Shown piece after piece: positions 1 to 9,738 of a stretch of 64,000 nt of DNA (position 1 is its first letter; every line of letters starts with the position of its first letter). The stretch comes from Longimicrobiales bacterium (GTDB taxonomy: Bacteria; Gemmatimonadota; Gemmatimonadetes; Longimicrobiales; Gaopeijiaceae). Location of the stretch: assembly GCA_041690395.1 (NCBI GenBank), contig JAWLHJ010000001.1, positions 512,001 to 576,000 on the forward strand, in the 5' to 3' direction. The position numbers and the translations under genes are program-made. The notes below the pieces were generated by a model. The model saw only the letters and a program-made list of their open reading frames with translations. It searched no databases and was not told the origin of the DNA.

Positions 1-801
1 GGCATATCGCCCGAAGGGCACCGGCACCTGCACTCTCCCCAGGAGATCCAGTACCTGGTCGCGGAGAGCCGCAAGGGTGGGCTGCTGTCGCCCGAGGAGC
101 AGCGGCGCCTCCAGCAGGCGCTGTCGATGGGCGTGCGGCGGGTCCGGCAGCTCATGGTTCCGCGCACGGAGATGGTGGCGCTGCGCGCCGACCAGACGGT
201 CGCCGAAGCGCACGAGGCCACCAAGGCGCTCCCCTATACGCGGTATCCGATCTACCGCGAGACGATCGACGGGATCGCGGGCTACGTCCACGCGCGCGAC
301 CTGGCCATGGCCCGCCTGGAAGGGAAGGGCGACACGGCGCTGGCGGCGTTCTCCCGTCCGATCATGGGCGTTCCCGAGGAGCTCTCCGCGGACAGGCTGC
401 TGGCACGCCTTCGCGAGACCCGGGCGGTCATGGCCCTCGTCGTGGACGAGTACGGCGGCGTCGCCGGCCTGGTCACCATCCACGATCTGCTGGCCGAGCT
501 GCTCGGCGACATGGCCGAGGAGCCCTGGCCCGAGGGACCCGGACCGGAGCGACTCGCGGACGGGAGCATCCGGCTGCCCGGCCGCTTGACCGTGTACGAG
601 GCCGAGGAGATGACCGGCCTACGTTGGTCGGGCGAAGCCGACACCGTGAACGGTATCGTGACCGACCGGCTCGGGCGTGTGCCCATGGTCGGCGATACGC
701 TGCTGGTCGACGATGCAACGGTCATGGTGGAAGGGGTCGAGGGCGTGGTGGCGACCTGGGTGGTCGTGAAGCCGGCGCCGAGCGCGGTAGGTGACGTATG
801 A
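1..801 (+). CDS. Hemolysin-family (CNNM/CBS-pair/CorC) protein, 5'-truncated by window edge
   Basis: Frame 1 is open from base 1 (GISPEGHRHLHSPQEIQYLVAES...). CBS motifs LMVPRTEM, YTRYPIY and VVDEYGGVAGLVTIHDLL; C-terminal CorC-like ADTVNG. Confidence 0.9.
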   Translation, partial: GISPEGHRHLHSPQEIQYLVAESRKGGLLSPEEQRRLQQALSMGVRRVRQLMVPRTEMVALRADQTVAEAHEATKALPYTRYPIYRETIDGIAGYVHARDLAMARLEGKGDTALAAFSRPIMGVPEELSADRLLARLRETRAVMALVVDEYGGVAGLVTIHDLLAELLGDMAEEPWPEGPGPERLADGSIRLPGRLTVYEAEEMTGLRWSGEADTVNGIVTDRLGRVPMVGDTLLVDDATVMVEGVEGVVATWVVVKPAPSAVGDV

Positions 802-2108
802 CCGCGGTCCTGGTTCCGGTGCTCATCGTCACGGTCCTGATCCTCCTGAACGGGCTCTTCGTCGCCGCGGAATTCGCCGTGGTGACGGTGCCGCGCGCCT
901 CGGTCGAGCGGAGAGCGAACCGGGGCGATCGCTGGGGCGGCTTCCTGCGCCGCACCCAGGAAGACCCGATGCTCCTCGACCGGTACATCGCCACCGCGCA
1001 GCTCGGCATCACGCTGTCGAGCCTCGGCCTGGGCATGTACGGTGAGCACCTGCTGGCGGAGTGGCTCGCGGGGGTCTTCCAGGGGTGGGGGATGGGCGAG
1101 GAGCGATGGATCGGCGCGCACGCCGCGGGCACCGTGGTCGCGATCGCGTTCCTGACCTACTGGCACGTGGTCGTGGGCGAGATGGTGCCGAAGGCGCTCG
1201 CGTTACAACACGCGGAAGCGACGGTCTTCGCGGTAACCCCCATCATGCGCGGGATTCAGCTCGCCGTGCTCCCACTGGTTCTGGCCCTGAACGGCATCGG
1301 GAACGGGGTGCTCCGGCTCATCGGTATCAGCCGCTCCGAGCACGGGTCGGAGTCGTACCGAACCCCCGGCGAGCTCGAGTACATCGTGCGGGAGAGCCAG
1401 GCCGGGGGACTTCTCCGGAAAGAGTCGGCTCGCGTCGTCCAGGAGCTGCTCGACTTCGGCAACCTCACCGCTCGAGAGGTCATGATCCCCCGCGTGCAGA
1501 TCCGCGGGCTGCCGAAGGACATCGCGCCGGAAGAGCTCGAGCGGCGGCTGCGTGAGCGGCCCCACACGCGCTATCCCGTCTACGAGGGGAGTCTCGACCG
1601 GGTCGTCGGCTGCGTGCACGTGCGGGACCTGGTCCGGGACGACGGCTCCGAGCCGGTGGTGCTCGACGAGTTCGTGCACCCGCTGCCGTTCGTGCCCGAG
1701 AGCCTCGGGCTCGACCGGGTGCTCGAGGCGCTGCACCGGAGCGGCTCGCGGATGGCCGTGGTGATGGACGAGCACGGAGGCACGGCGGGGCTCGTCACCA
1801 TCGAAGACATCTTCGAGGAAGTCGTGGGAGAGGTGGAGGGGGTTCCGGAGCTGAGCCGCAACGTGGCGGGCGAGGTTCGCGCGCTGGGCCGGGTCCGCCT
1901 CGAAGACCTGGGCGACGCCCTGGGACGCGCCCTCGACCATCCCGAGGTCGATACCCTGAGCGGCCTCGTGCTCGACCTGGTGGGCCGTCCCGCGAAGGCC
2001 GGAGACCGGGTGCGCTACCGGGGGCTCGAGATCGAGGTGTTGTCGGTGGAGGGGCACGGCGTCGGCCAGGCGCGCGTCCACCGGATCGAGGATCAGGCAA
2101 AGGGGTGA
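798..2108 (+). CDS. Hemolysin-family (CNNM + CBS pair + CorC_HlyC) membrane protein
   Basis: LNGLFVAAEFA, AQLGITLSSLGLG, GEMVPK, MDEHGGTAGLVTIEDIFEE; ATGA overlap with upstream paralog. Confidence 0.93.
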   Translation: MTAVLVPVLIVTVLILLNGLFVAAEFAVVTVPRASVERRANRGDRWGGFLRRTQEDPMLLDRYIATAQLGITLSSLGLGMYGEHLLAEWLAGVFQGWGMGEERWIGAHAAGTVVAIAFLTYWHVVVGEMVPKALALQHAEATVFAVTPIMRGIQLAVLPLVLALNGIGNGVLRLIGISRSEHGSESYRTPGELEYIVRESQAGGLLRKESARVVQELLDFGNLTAREVMIPRVQIRGLPKDIAPEELERRLRERPHTRYPVYEGSLDRVVGCVHVRDLVRDDGSEPVVLDEFVHPLPFVPESLGLDRVLEALHRSGSRMAVVMDEHGGTAGLVTIEDIFEEVVGEVEGVPELSRNVAGEVRALGRVRLEDLGDALGRALDHPEVDTLSGLVLDLVGRPAKAGDRVRYRGLEIEVLSVEGHGVGQARVHRIEDQAKG

Positions 2109-2222
2109 CGGTGGCCGGCCGGCGGGGAGGGTCGCATGGGCGGTCCGGGTCGCACCGAGCGTCCGATCTTCCCATACTCCCCGTCACGATGACGACGAAC
2201 GACTCAGGGAGAGAGCGGATCC

Positions 2223-2681
2223 ATGGCGAAGCGGTATTGGCTGATGAAGTCGGAGCCCGACGTGTACTCGATCGACGACCTCGAGCGTGAGGGGTCCACC
2301 TGCTGGGAGGGTATCCGCAACTACAAAGCGCGGAACAACATGCAGGAGATGAAGGTCGGCGACGAGGTGCTCTTCTACCACTCCAACGCGAATCCTCCGG
2401 GGATCGCCGGTCTGGCGCGCGTCTCCAAGGAGGCGTATCCGGACCACTTCGCGTTCGAGAAGAAGCACAAGTACCACGACCCGAAGTCGGATCCGGACGA
2501 TCCCCGCTGGTTCATGGTCGACATCGAGTTCGTCGCGAAGGCGCCGGACTTCGTTCCGTTGTCGGACGTCAAGGACGACGCCAAGCTGTCGGACATGGAG
2601 CTGGTACGGTACGGACGTCTCTCCGTGCAGTCGGTGAAGAAGGACGAGTTCGAGCGTGTGAAGAAGATGGCGGGCTTATAA
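2223..2681 (+). CDS. EVE domain-containing protein
   Basis: YWLMKSEP, WEGIRNYKARN, GDEVLFYHSN, RLSVQ signature. Confidence 0.93.
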   Translation: MAKRYWLMKSEPDVYSIDDLEREGSTCWEGIRNYKARNNMQEMKVGDEVLFYHSNANPPGIAGLARVSKEAYPDHFAFEKKHKYHDPKSDPDDPRWFMVDIEFVAKAPDFVPLSDVKDDAKLSDMELVRYGRLSVQSVKKDEFERVKKMAGL

Positions 2682-2708
2682 CTGCGGCTTCCAGCTGGAG
2701 GTGGGCGG

Positions 2709-4310
2709 ATGAGTGGGATGTGCGAAAGGGTCACGCGGGGCGCCGCGATGGGACTGTCGGTCCTGGTGTTGGCCGCTTCGACAGCGGCCGGGCAGAGCCT
2801 GGCCGACGACGATCCGGTCCTGCGCGCGATCTGGGAAGAGGCGACGGTTCGCTCGCAGGTGGAGCCGCTCTCGCAGGCGCTGCTCGACTCGATCGGGCCG
2901 CGGCTCACGGCGTCGCCCCAGATGGACCGGGCCCAGGACTGGGCGGTCGAGCGCTTCCGCTCGTGGGGACTGGAGGCGCGACGTGAGCAGTACGGAACCT
3001 GGGAGGGGTGGGATCGCGGACCGAGCCACGTCGACCTGGTGTCGCCGCGGGTCCGCTCCCTCGAAGGACGGATCCTGGCGTGGAGCCCGGGCACCGGCGG
3101 CCAGCCGGTGGAGGGCGGCGTGACGTACCTGCCGGATATCCGCACATCCGCCGACTGGGACCAGTTCCTCGAGACCGTCGCCGGCACCTGGGTGATGATG
3201 TCCTACCCCGAGCCGACGTGCCGCGCGGACGAGCAGTGGGAAGAGTACGCCATGGAAGGCTCGTTCGAGCGGATGGACGAGGCCCGGAACGCGGGCAGGG
3301 CGCTGTGGAACGCCAGCCTGGCCGCGACCGGATCCACCGACCCGAGGCGCCGCGACCTGCACGAAGCACTCGAGGACGCCGGCGCGCTCGGGATCATCAC
3401 GTCGCAGTGGCCCGGCTCGTACGGCACGACGCGTGTCTTCAACGCCTACACGCGGGAGCGTCCCACCTTCGAGCTGTCCTGCGAGGACTACGGGCTCGTC
3501 CACAGGTTGGTCGCCAACGGGCAGAGCCCGGTCGTCCGGCTGAGGGCCGAGTCCGAGAATCTCGGAGAGCGACCCACGCACAACGTCATCGCCACCATTC
3601 CGGGCACCGACCTGGCGGACGAGTACGTCATGCTCTCGGCGCACTACGACTCGTGGGAAGGCGGCTCTGGGGCGACCGACAACGGCACCGGCTCCGTGCT
3701 GATGATGGAGGTAGCGCGTATCCTGAGCACGGTGTATCCGCGGCCCCGACGCACGATCATGGTGGGGCTCTGGAGCGGCGAGGAGCAGGGCTTGAACGGC
3801 TCGCGCGCGTTCACCGAGGATCACCCCGAGGTCGTCGAAGGTCTGCAGGCGCTGTTCAACCAGGACAACGGCACCGGGCGCATCGTGAACCTGTCCCCGC
3901 AGGGCTTCACCGGCGCGGCGGGTACGCTGTCGTCGTGGCTGGCGCGGGTGCCGGACGAGGTGTCGACGCACGTGAGTGTCCAGTTGCCCGGTAGCCCGGG
4001 CGGAGGCGGCTCGGACTACGCCTCGTTCGTGTGCTGGGGCGCGCCCGCGTTCAATCTGGGCGCCCTGTCCTGGGACTACGGCTCGCACACCTGGCACACC
4101 CACCGCGACACGTTCGACAAGGTCGTCTTCGACGATCTCCGGAACAACGTCGTGCTGACGGCGTCCCTCGCCTATCTGGCGGCGAACTCCGATGAGCGTG
4201 TAAGTCGCGAGCGCCGGGAGATCATCACCGATTTCCAGGGCCGGCCCGCCGAGTGGCCCGCGTGTCAGCCGGCGGTACGGCGGTCGTCCGACAGCCCGAG
4301 GATGCAGTGA
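2709..4310 (+). CDS. Secreted M28-family metallopeptidase (carboxypeptidase Q-like)
   Basis: Signal peptide; DSIGPRLTAS, SAHYDSW, GATDNGTG, WSGEEQGLNGS, GGSDY, WHTHRDTFDK. Start could be a later ATG. Confidence 0.88.
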   Translation: MSGMCERVTRGAAMGLSVLVLAASTAAGQSLADDDPVLRAIWEEATVRSQVEPLSQALLDSIGPRLTASPQMDRAQDWAVERFRSWGLEARREQYGTWEGWDRGPSHVDLVSPRVRSLEGRILAWSPGTGGQPVEGGVTYLPDIRTSADWDQFLETVAGTWVMMSYPEPTCRADEQWEEYAMEGSFERMDEARNAGRALWNASLAATGSTDPRRRDLHEALEDAGALGIITSQWPGSYGTTRVFNAYTRERPTFELSCEDYGLVHRLVANGQSPVVRLRAESENLGERPTHNVIATIPGTDLADEYVMLSAHYDSWEGGSGATDNGTGSVLMMEVARILSTVYPRPRRTIMVGLWSGEEQGLNGSRAFTEDHPEVVEGLQALFNQDNGTGRIVNLSPQGFTGAAGTLSSWLARVPDEVSTHVSVQLPGSPGGGGSDYASFVCWGAPAFNLGALSWDYGSHTWHTHRDTFDKVVFDDLRNNVVLTASLAYLAANSDERVSRERREIITDFQGRPAEWPACQPAVRRSSDSPRMQ

Positions 4311-5602
4311 CGGAGGAAGCGACCCGGCGCATCCGCGCGGCGCGAGACGACCTCGCGTGGCCGTCGATGCGGCACATGTACCCGGAGGCGCTGACCCTCG
4401 ACCGCGGGGAGGGTGTGCGCCTCTGGGACACCGACGGCCGCGCCTATCTGGATCTCTTCGCGGGGATCCTCACGACGTCGGTGGGCCACTGCCACCCCCG
4501 CGTGATCGAGGCGGTGGAGCGGCAGCTTCGCCGGCTGGGCCACGTCTCGACCCTGTACGAGACGGAGCCCCACATGGAGGCCGCGCGGCGACTGGCCGAG
4601 CTCGCCCCGGGCGGGCTCCGCCGTACGTTCTTCACCAACTCCGGGACCGAGGCCATCGAGACGGCCGTGTTCATGGCCCGTGCGGTCACGGGGCGCCGGG
4701 AGATCGTCGCGCTTCGGGGTGGCTATCACGGTCGCTCCGCCCTCGGCATGGCGCTCACCGCGCACCCCACCTTCCGGCCGCTTCCCGCCCCGGCGGCCGG
4801 CGTCGTGCACGCGCGCTCGCCGTACCCCTATCGCTGCCCGTACCGGCGGCCGTGCGACGACACGTGCGTGGACCGGTACATCGAGGAGCTCGAGGAGGTC
4901 ATCGTCACCACGACCGACGGGCGGCCCGCCGCGCTCCTCCTCGAGACCATCCAGGGGGTGTCGGGCTACATCGTGCCGCCGCCGGAGTATCTGCGACGGG
5001 CGGCCGAGCTGATCCGCTCGTACGGCGGGCTGTTCATCGCGGACGAGGTCCAGGCCGCCCTCGGGCGGACGGGCTCGCGTTGGTTCGGCATCGAGCACGC
5101 CGGAGTCGAGCCGGACTTCATCGTCATGGCGAAGGGTCTCGCAGGGGGATTCCCGGCGGCGGCCACCATCACCACCGACGCGATCGCGGGTGCGTGGGAG
5201 GGCAACACGATCTCCACCTTCGGGGGGAATCCGGTCGTGATGGCGGCCCTCTCGGCCACGCTCGACGTCCTCGTCGAGGCCGACGCACCGGCCAACGCCG
5301 AGGCGCGCGGACGGGAGCTTCGCGAGGGGTTGGCCGCTCTCCAGACGTCCTACCCCTGGATCGGGGAGGTGCGGGGGATGGGCCTCATGATCGGCGTCGA
5401 GCTGGTGACCGACCCGGACTCCCGAGCGCCCGACCCGGCCCGTACTCGCGCCCTGGTCGAGGCGGCCCGGGACGAGGGGCTGCTGATCGGCTCCGGCGGG
5501 CTGCACGGGAACGTGATCCGTATCGGCCCGTCGCTCCTGATCTCGCCGGAGGAAGTGGCCGAGGGTGTGGAGCGGTTCGGGCGGGCGTGCGGGAGGGTCT
5601 AG
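4307..5602 (+). CDS. Class III PLP-dependent aminotransferase (GABA-AT/AGXT2-like)
   Basis: YLDLFAG, FFTNSGTEA, YHGRS, FIADEVQAALGRTG, MAKGLAGG, STFGGNP. GTG start chosen at 4307, overlapping the upstream TGA. Confidence 0.9.
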   Translation: MTEEATRRIRAARDDLAWPSMRHMYPEALTLDRGEGVRLWDTDGRAYLDLFAGILTTSVGHCHPRVIEAVERQLRRLGHVSTLYETEPHMEAARRLAELAPGGLRRTFFTNSGTEAIETAVFMARAVTGRREIVALRGGYHGRSALGMALTAHPTFRPLPAPAAGVVHARSPYPYRCPYRRPCDDTCVDRYIEELEEVIVTTTDGRPAALLLETIQGVSGYIVPPPEYLRRAAELIRSYGGLFIADEVQAALGRTGSRWFGIEHAGVEPDFIVMAKGLAGGFPAAATITTDAIAGAWEGNTISTFGGNPVVMAALSATLDVLVEADAPANAEARGRELREGLAALQTSYPWIGEVRGMGLMIGVELVTDPDSRAPDPARTRALVEAARDEGLLIGSGGLHGNVIRIGPSLLISPEEVAEGVERFGRACGRV

Positions 5603-5674
5603 TCTGACAGCCCGTGGCAGAAAGGGTGATGCTCGCGACACGGGGAGGACTGGAGTCGAAAAGACGACGACAGG

Positions 5675-5938
5675 GTGGAAGGCTCGCCCACACGCACGTT
5701 CACCGACGTGGCCGCACAGGTGGGCATGCAGCTCCGCCTGACCTCCCCGGGCGGCTCGTGCCGCGCCATCATGGTGGACTTCACGACCGGCAACTACTTC
5801 CAGGTGCTGGGCGTCCGGCCCGCGCTCGGACGGGTGTTCGATGAGGACACCGCCGTTCCTGGTGTTCTGAGCCCGCTCGTCGTTCTCAGCAACTGATCTT
5901 GGCGAACCGAGCTCGGCGCTGACTCGACGGTCCTGGGG
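5675..5938 (+). pseudogene. Remnant of ADOP/MacB-type duplicated ABC permease periplasmic region
   Basis: TGNYFQVLGVRPALGRVF...VVLSN*SWRTELGADSTVLG matches the ADOP motif (GNYF.VLGV.P.LGR.F ... VVLS..FW...FG.DP.V.G). In-frame TGA at 5894-5896; no flanking domains. Confidence 0.7.
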
Positions 5939-5973
5939 CATGTCCAGGTGGGTCATGCTCGTGGGAAATGATA

Positions 5974-6155
5974 GTGGCAGAAACGTTCCAAACCAGACGA
6001 CCTCGACCGGCGATTGGGATGTTGACCACGCTATGCGGCAGAAAGATTGCGAGGCCGCCGCCGAGATCCCGCTCCGTGGCATCTCGACCACCCTATGCGG
6101 CAGAAACATCCCTACGCGGTCGCCGCATCCACCTGCCGTATCACGTTTCTGCCAC
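5974..6155. repeat. Inverted-repeat-bounded element with internal direct repeats (GGCAGAAA motif family)
   Basis: Perfect 13-bp IR GTGGCAGAAACGT (5974-5986) / ACGTTTCTGCCAC (6143-6155); 21-bp direct repeats GACCAC(G/C)CTATGCGGCAGAAA at 6024-6044 and 6086-6106. Confidence 0.65.
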
Positions 6156-7251
6156 GCGCCGCTAAACACCGGCCAGGCGCGGGCCCGTGCTCCTCGAGCC
6201 AGACCTCCGGGTCCACCGTACGCCCGCGCTCGTCCGGGTTCAGCCGGAACCAGCGCGCCACCAGGAGGATCTCGGCCGCCTCGTCCGCGGTGAGCGCGGC
6301 CGGGCCGGTGTCGGGCTCGCCGTAGACTTCTTCGACCGCCTCGGCGACCCGGGCACGCTGGCGCTTTCCCTTCGGCAACGGGAGCTCACGCCGGATGCGC
6401 CCCTTGCGGATGAGGTAGACGCGGTCGTCTCCGTGGTGCCCGGGTACGCGGTACACGAAGGTCAGGTCCTCGACCGTGCCCCGAAACGCGGTGAGCTCGT
6501 CACGGAACCGCATGAGCCGCTCGAGTCGGTCGCGCAGGAGCGCGGCGTACTCGAAGTCCATCCGCCGGGCGGCCTCGGCCATGCGCGCCTCGATCTCCCC
6601 GAGCGGGCCGCCGCTCTTCCCCTCGAGGAACGCGCGGGCCGTCGCGACCGCGGACGCGTAGTCCGCCTCCGTGGGCCGGCCGCAGCAGGGCGCGAGACAG
6701 GTCCGCAGCTCGGCGCGCAGGCAACGCGGTGGACGTCCGCCGCCGAACATCTCCAGCTGATCGCCGTAGAAGACCGGCGTGCTCCCCGGACAGTCCCGGA
6801 GCCCGAGCGCGTGGCCGAGCTCGCGCACCGTACGCGCAACCGCGCCGACGCGCGGAAACGGACCGAAGTAGGCCGCCCCGTCGGGTGCGATCCGGCTCAC
6901 CGCCAGCACCCTGGGCGCCATCTCGTTCGTGATCTTCACGAACACGTAGATCTTCCTCCGCCGATGCTGCACGTTGAAGCGAGGCTGGGCGGTCTGGATC
7001 TGCTTCATCTCGCGAACCAGCGCCGAAAACTCGTTCGGGATGTAGTCCCACTCGATGTGGGCGCTCTCCTTGATGAGCTCCCATGCCTTGTCGCCGCGCG
7101 GCGCCCGGAAGTAGGAGAGGAGGCGGCTCCGCACCCGGACCGACTTCCCCACGTAGAGCAGCCGCCCGTCCGGCCCGAACATCCGATACACGCCGGGCCG
7201 GTTCTCGGCGCGGGCGCGGACGTGCTCCCGGAGGGTGGGGTTGGGATTCAC
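6112..7251 (-). CDS. UvrC N-terminal/Cho-like GIY-YIG nuclease with UVR domain
   Basis: PGVYRM...LLYVGKS..VRSRLLSYF, E...PRFN, Cys cluster C..CL....TCLAPC, UVR motif MAEAARRMDFEYAALLRDRL; lacks the UvrC C-terminal RNase H/HhH part. Confidence 0.85.
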   Translation of the reverse strand: MNPNPTLREHVRARAENRPGVYRMFGPDGRLLYVGKSVRVRSRLLSYFRAPRGDKAWELIKESAHIEWDYIPNEFSALVREMKQIQTAQPRFNVQHRRRKIYVFVKITNEMAPRVLAVSRIAPDGAAYFGPFPRVGAVARTVRELGHALGLRDCPGSTPVFYGDQLEMFGGGRPPRCLRAELRTCLAPCCGRPTEADYASAVATARAFLEGKSGGPLGEIEARMAEAARRMDFEYAALLRDRLERLMRFRDELTAFRGTVEDLTFVYRVPGHHGDDRVYLIRKGRIRRELPLPKGKRQRARVAEAVEEVYGEPDTGPAALTADEAAEILLVARWFRLNPDERGRTVDPEVWLEEHGPAPGRCLAARGRNVIRQVDAATA

Positions 7252-7387
7252 GGGTCTGCGGGTGGAGGTGGCGGTGCGGGTGCCGCGGAAGAACTTTCGC
7301 TGTTTCTTCGGTAACGTACGCGAGGACGTGCGCGCACCGCAATCGCGGGGGGGAGTGGTGGATTGAGGCCCACTCAGTCCGGCGCCG

Positions 7388-8161
7388 TTACTCCGGCTCC
7401 ACCACCCGGATCCGGATGGTATCCGTGAACGGGGAGCCGTCCAGGCTCCAGACGACGACGAAATCGCCTTCGCCCTCTGCCAGGAAGCTCAGCTTGTTCA
7501 AGGGTGGCGTGTACGTGTGATACTCGTCCCAAATGAGATCATCCATCGGAGCGTCGCCTGAGCTCTCCCACGACCATTGGGGGTTGCCGTCCCACAGCCA
7601 GTCCACTTCATCGCGGTGCGTCCCGCCCGGGTCGGGGGCGTCCGTAGCGGCGAACGACGCCGTGAGGTCAACGATCTCGCCGACGGCCATCTCCACGGTG
7701 TCGGGAACGTCGGCCAGCGGTGTTGTACCGATCCGTATCTCCGTCCGCACGCCCAGGTACCAGACGTCCCGGCTGAAGTGGAAGTCGTATCCGGTCTGTG
7801 TCACACCGCTCCGCACCTGCTGGACGGTCTCCAGGGCCGCGGTCGTGAGCCCGAGCGCCCGACGCGAAGTCCACGGTATGTCCACGTATTTGGTGGTGCA
7901 CTCGTTCGGTTCACTCGGATGCGTGCCCGATACCGTGTACCTACCCTCGCGATCCGTGACCGCGGTCGCGATCCAAAGGTGTGAGCCGGGTGGAGGGAGA
8001 GCGGAGGGAGTGGAGAACTTCACCTCGACCCCCGGCACGGGAACGCCATCCTCGTACACGGTGCCCGAGACGGTCGTGACACAGGAGCCGAGACCCAGGA
8101 TCTCACAGCCGGTGGCCGCGAGGATGGTCGGTAGCAGGCACCACGCCGCCGGTCTCATCAT
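7388..8161 (-). CDS. Hypothetical lipoprotein with prealbumin/carboxypeptidase-regulatory-like beta domain
   Basis: GGAG RBS, lipobox AATGC, VSGTV..DG.PVPGVEV...TDREGRY pattern; more A/T-ending codons than neighbours. Confidence 0.65.
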   Translation of the reverse strand: MMRPAAWCLLPTILAATGCEILGLGSCVTTVSGTVYEDGVPVPGVEVKFSTPSALPPPGSHLWIATAVTDREGRYTVSGTHPSEPNECTTKYVDIPWTSRRALGLTTAALETVQQVRSGVTQTGYDFHFSRDVWYLGVRTEIRIGTTPLADVPDTVEMAVGEIVDLTASFAATDAPDPGGTHRDEVDWLWDGNPQWSWESSGDAPMDDLIWDEYHTYTPPLNKLSFLAEGEGDFVVVWSLDGSPFTDTIRIRVVEPE

Positions 8162-8409
8162 CGCCTCCAGATAAGCAGGACCATCGAGGATACGTGTCCC
8201 AAGCTAGGAAGCGACGGCAGCCCGCGCTGTACGTATTCGTGCGTAGGCGCGGTACAGAGGCATCCCGCAACCAGGGACTGGCGCTTTCGCTTTTTATTCG
8301 GGATCATTCAGGAGGAGGCCGGTGGCGCTCGGCTGGCGTATCCTGCCATGAAGGGGCCCCGGCTCGATGGTATCTTGAGCAGTGACGTATTCAAGACGGC
8401 GGAGCGAGC

Positions 8410-9705
8410 ATGAGCACCACATCGGCGGGAAAGATCATCCGGGACCCGCTCTGGAATACCATTCGGCTCGATCCGACGGCGCTCCGCATCGTCGACACGG
8501 CGGCGTTCCAGCGCCTCCGCTACATCCGGCAGCTCGGCTGGACGCACCTGGTCTACCCGGGCGCCACGCACACGCGCTTCGACCACGCGCTGGGCGTGTA
8601 CCACCTGACGGTGCAGGCGCTGCGCCGGCTCCGGGAGCGGGGTGGGGTGCCGCCGGAGGCCTGGGAGAACGAGGAGCTCGTTCCGTACGCGGCGCTCCTG
8701 CACGACATCGGCCACTACCCGTTCTCCCACGCGCTCGAGGAGCTCGAGGAGCACAACGTTCCGGGCGATCACGAGGAGATGGGCCGGCGCTTCTTCCAGT
8801 CGCCGGAGCTCCGCGACGCGATGGCCCCCCTGGGGCTCGCGGCGCCCGAGCGCATCCATCAGCTCATCACCGGAGAGAGCCAGGTCCCGCTACGGGGGTT
8901 GATCAGCGGCAGCCTCGATCTCGACAAGATGGAGTATCTACGGCGCGACGCGCGCTTCTGCGGGGTCCCGTACGGCGAGGTGGACGTGCCCCGCCTGTTG
9001 CAGGCGCTGGTGCTGGTGCGCGACCCGGTCTCCGAAGCATTCGAGGTCGGCGTTCACGAGAAGGGCGTGGCCGCGCTCGAATCACTTCTCTTCGCGAAGT
9101 ATCAGATGTTCCGGAATGTGTATTGGCATCACGCGGTCCGGGCGGCGACGGCGCTGTACAAGCGGATCGTCGAGGAGTCGGTGCGCGCCGGGCTCCTCGA
9201 CCCGGACGAGCTCGTGGGTCCGACGGACGAGGAGTTGCTGCACGAGGTCGGGCGTCGGGCGCTCGAGGACGACGGGGAGATCGCCGAGCGCATCGCCACC
9301 CGCTGGCTACCCGCACTCAGGCAGCGACGCCTCCCTAAGCGGGCGGTCGAGCTGACTGCGGCGGACCTCATGGGGCGGAGGGTCGAGGACTGGGCGGTGG
9401 GTGATTCGCCGTGGAAGCGCGCGGTCGAGGACGACCTCGCGACCGAGCTCGGATTGGAGTCGGGCGAGGTCATGATCGACTTTCCGGCCAAAGCGGCCAT
9501 GTTCCAACTGGACATCCTCATCGAGCGGCGGGACGGCGGCGTCGAGCGCACCGGCCGCGAAGGCGTGCCCGGGCTCTTCGATCTGCCCCGCGTCGCGCAG
9601 GAGCTCTACCGCACGACCCGCGTGCTGCGCGTGTTCACCCTGGAGCGGCGGGAGCTTTCCGCGGATGTGGTGCTGGAGCGGATCACGCGGAAAGCGGAGG
9701 TCTGA
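8410..9705 (+). CDS. HD-domain phosphohydrolase (YwfO/SAMHD1-like dNTPase family)
   Basis: IRDPLW, FQRLRYIRQLG, YPGATHTRFDHALG, ALLHDIGHYPFSH, LDLDKMEYLRRD, VYWHH. Confidence 0.92.
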   Translation: MSTTSAGKIIRDPLWNTIRLDPTALRIVDTAAFQRLRYIRQLGWTHLVYPGATHTRFDHALGVYHLTVQALRRLRERGGVPPEAWENEELVPYAALLHDIGHYPFSHALEELEEHNVPGDHEEMGRRFFQSPELRDAMAPLGLAAPERIHQLITGESQVPLRGLISGSLDLDKMEYLRRDARFCGVPYGEVDVPRLLQALVLVRDPVSEAFEVGVHEKGVAALESLLFAKYQMFRNVYWHHAVRAATALYKRIVEESVRAGLLDPDELVGPTDEELLHEVGRRALEDDGEIAERIATRWLPALRQRRLPKRAVELTAADLMGRRVEDWAVGDSPWKRAVEDDLATELGLESGEVMIDFPAKAAMFQLDILIERRDGGVERTGREGVPGLFDLPRVAQELYRTTRVLRVFTLERRELSADVVLERITRKAEV

Positions 9706-9738
9706 GGGACCTGCCCAGCGCGGACATCCGGCCGCGCG

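Noticed and set aside
5894..5896. In-frame TGA in the ADOP fragment as selenocysteine
   Set aside because: Not a conserved Cys position, the ORF is a fragment, and no clear SECIS; better explained as a nonsense mutation.
6024..6106. Two 21-bp direct repeats with a 41-bp spacer as a mini CRISPR array
   Set aside because: Only two short copies, no cas genes, and the motif also occurs inverted as part of an IR-bounded element.
7285..7311. Imperfect palindrome upstream of the Cho-like nuclease as an SOS box
   Set aside because: Does not match a LexA consensus I can support; may just be a terminator for the upstream lipoprotein gene.
2223..9705. EVE protein + GIY-YIG nuclease + HD dNTPase as an anti-phage defence island
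   Set aside because: The genes are not co-oriented or coupled, are separated by metabolic genes, and each resembles a common housekeeping family.
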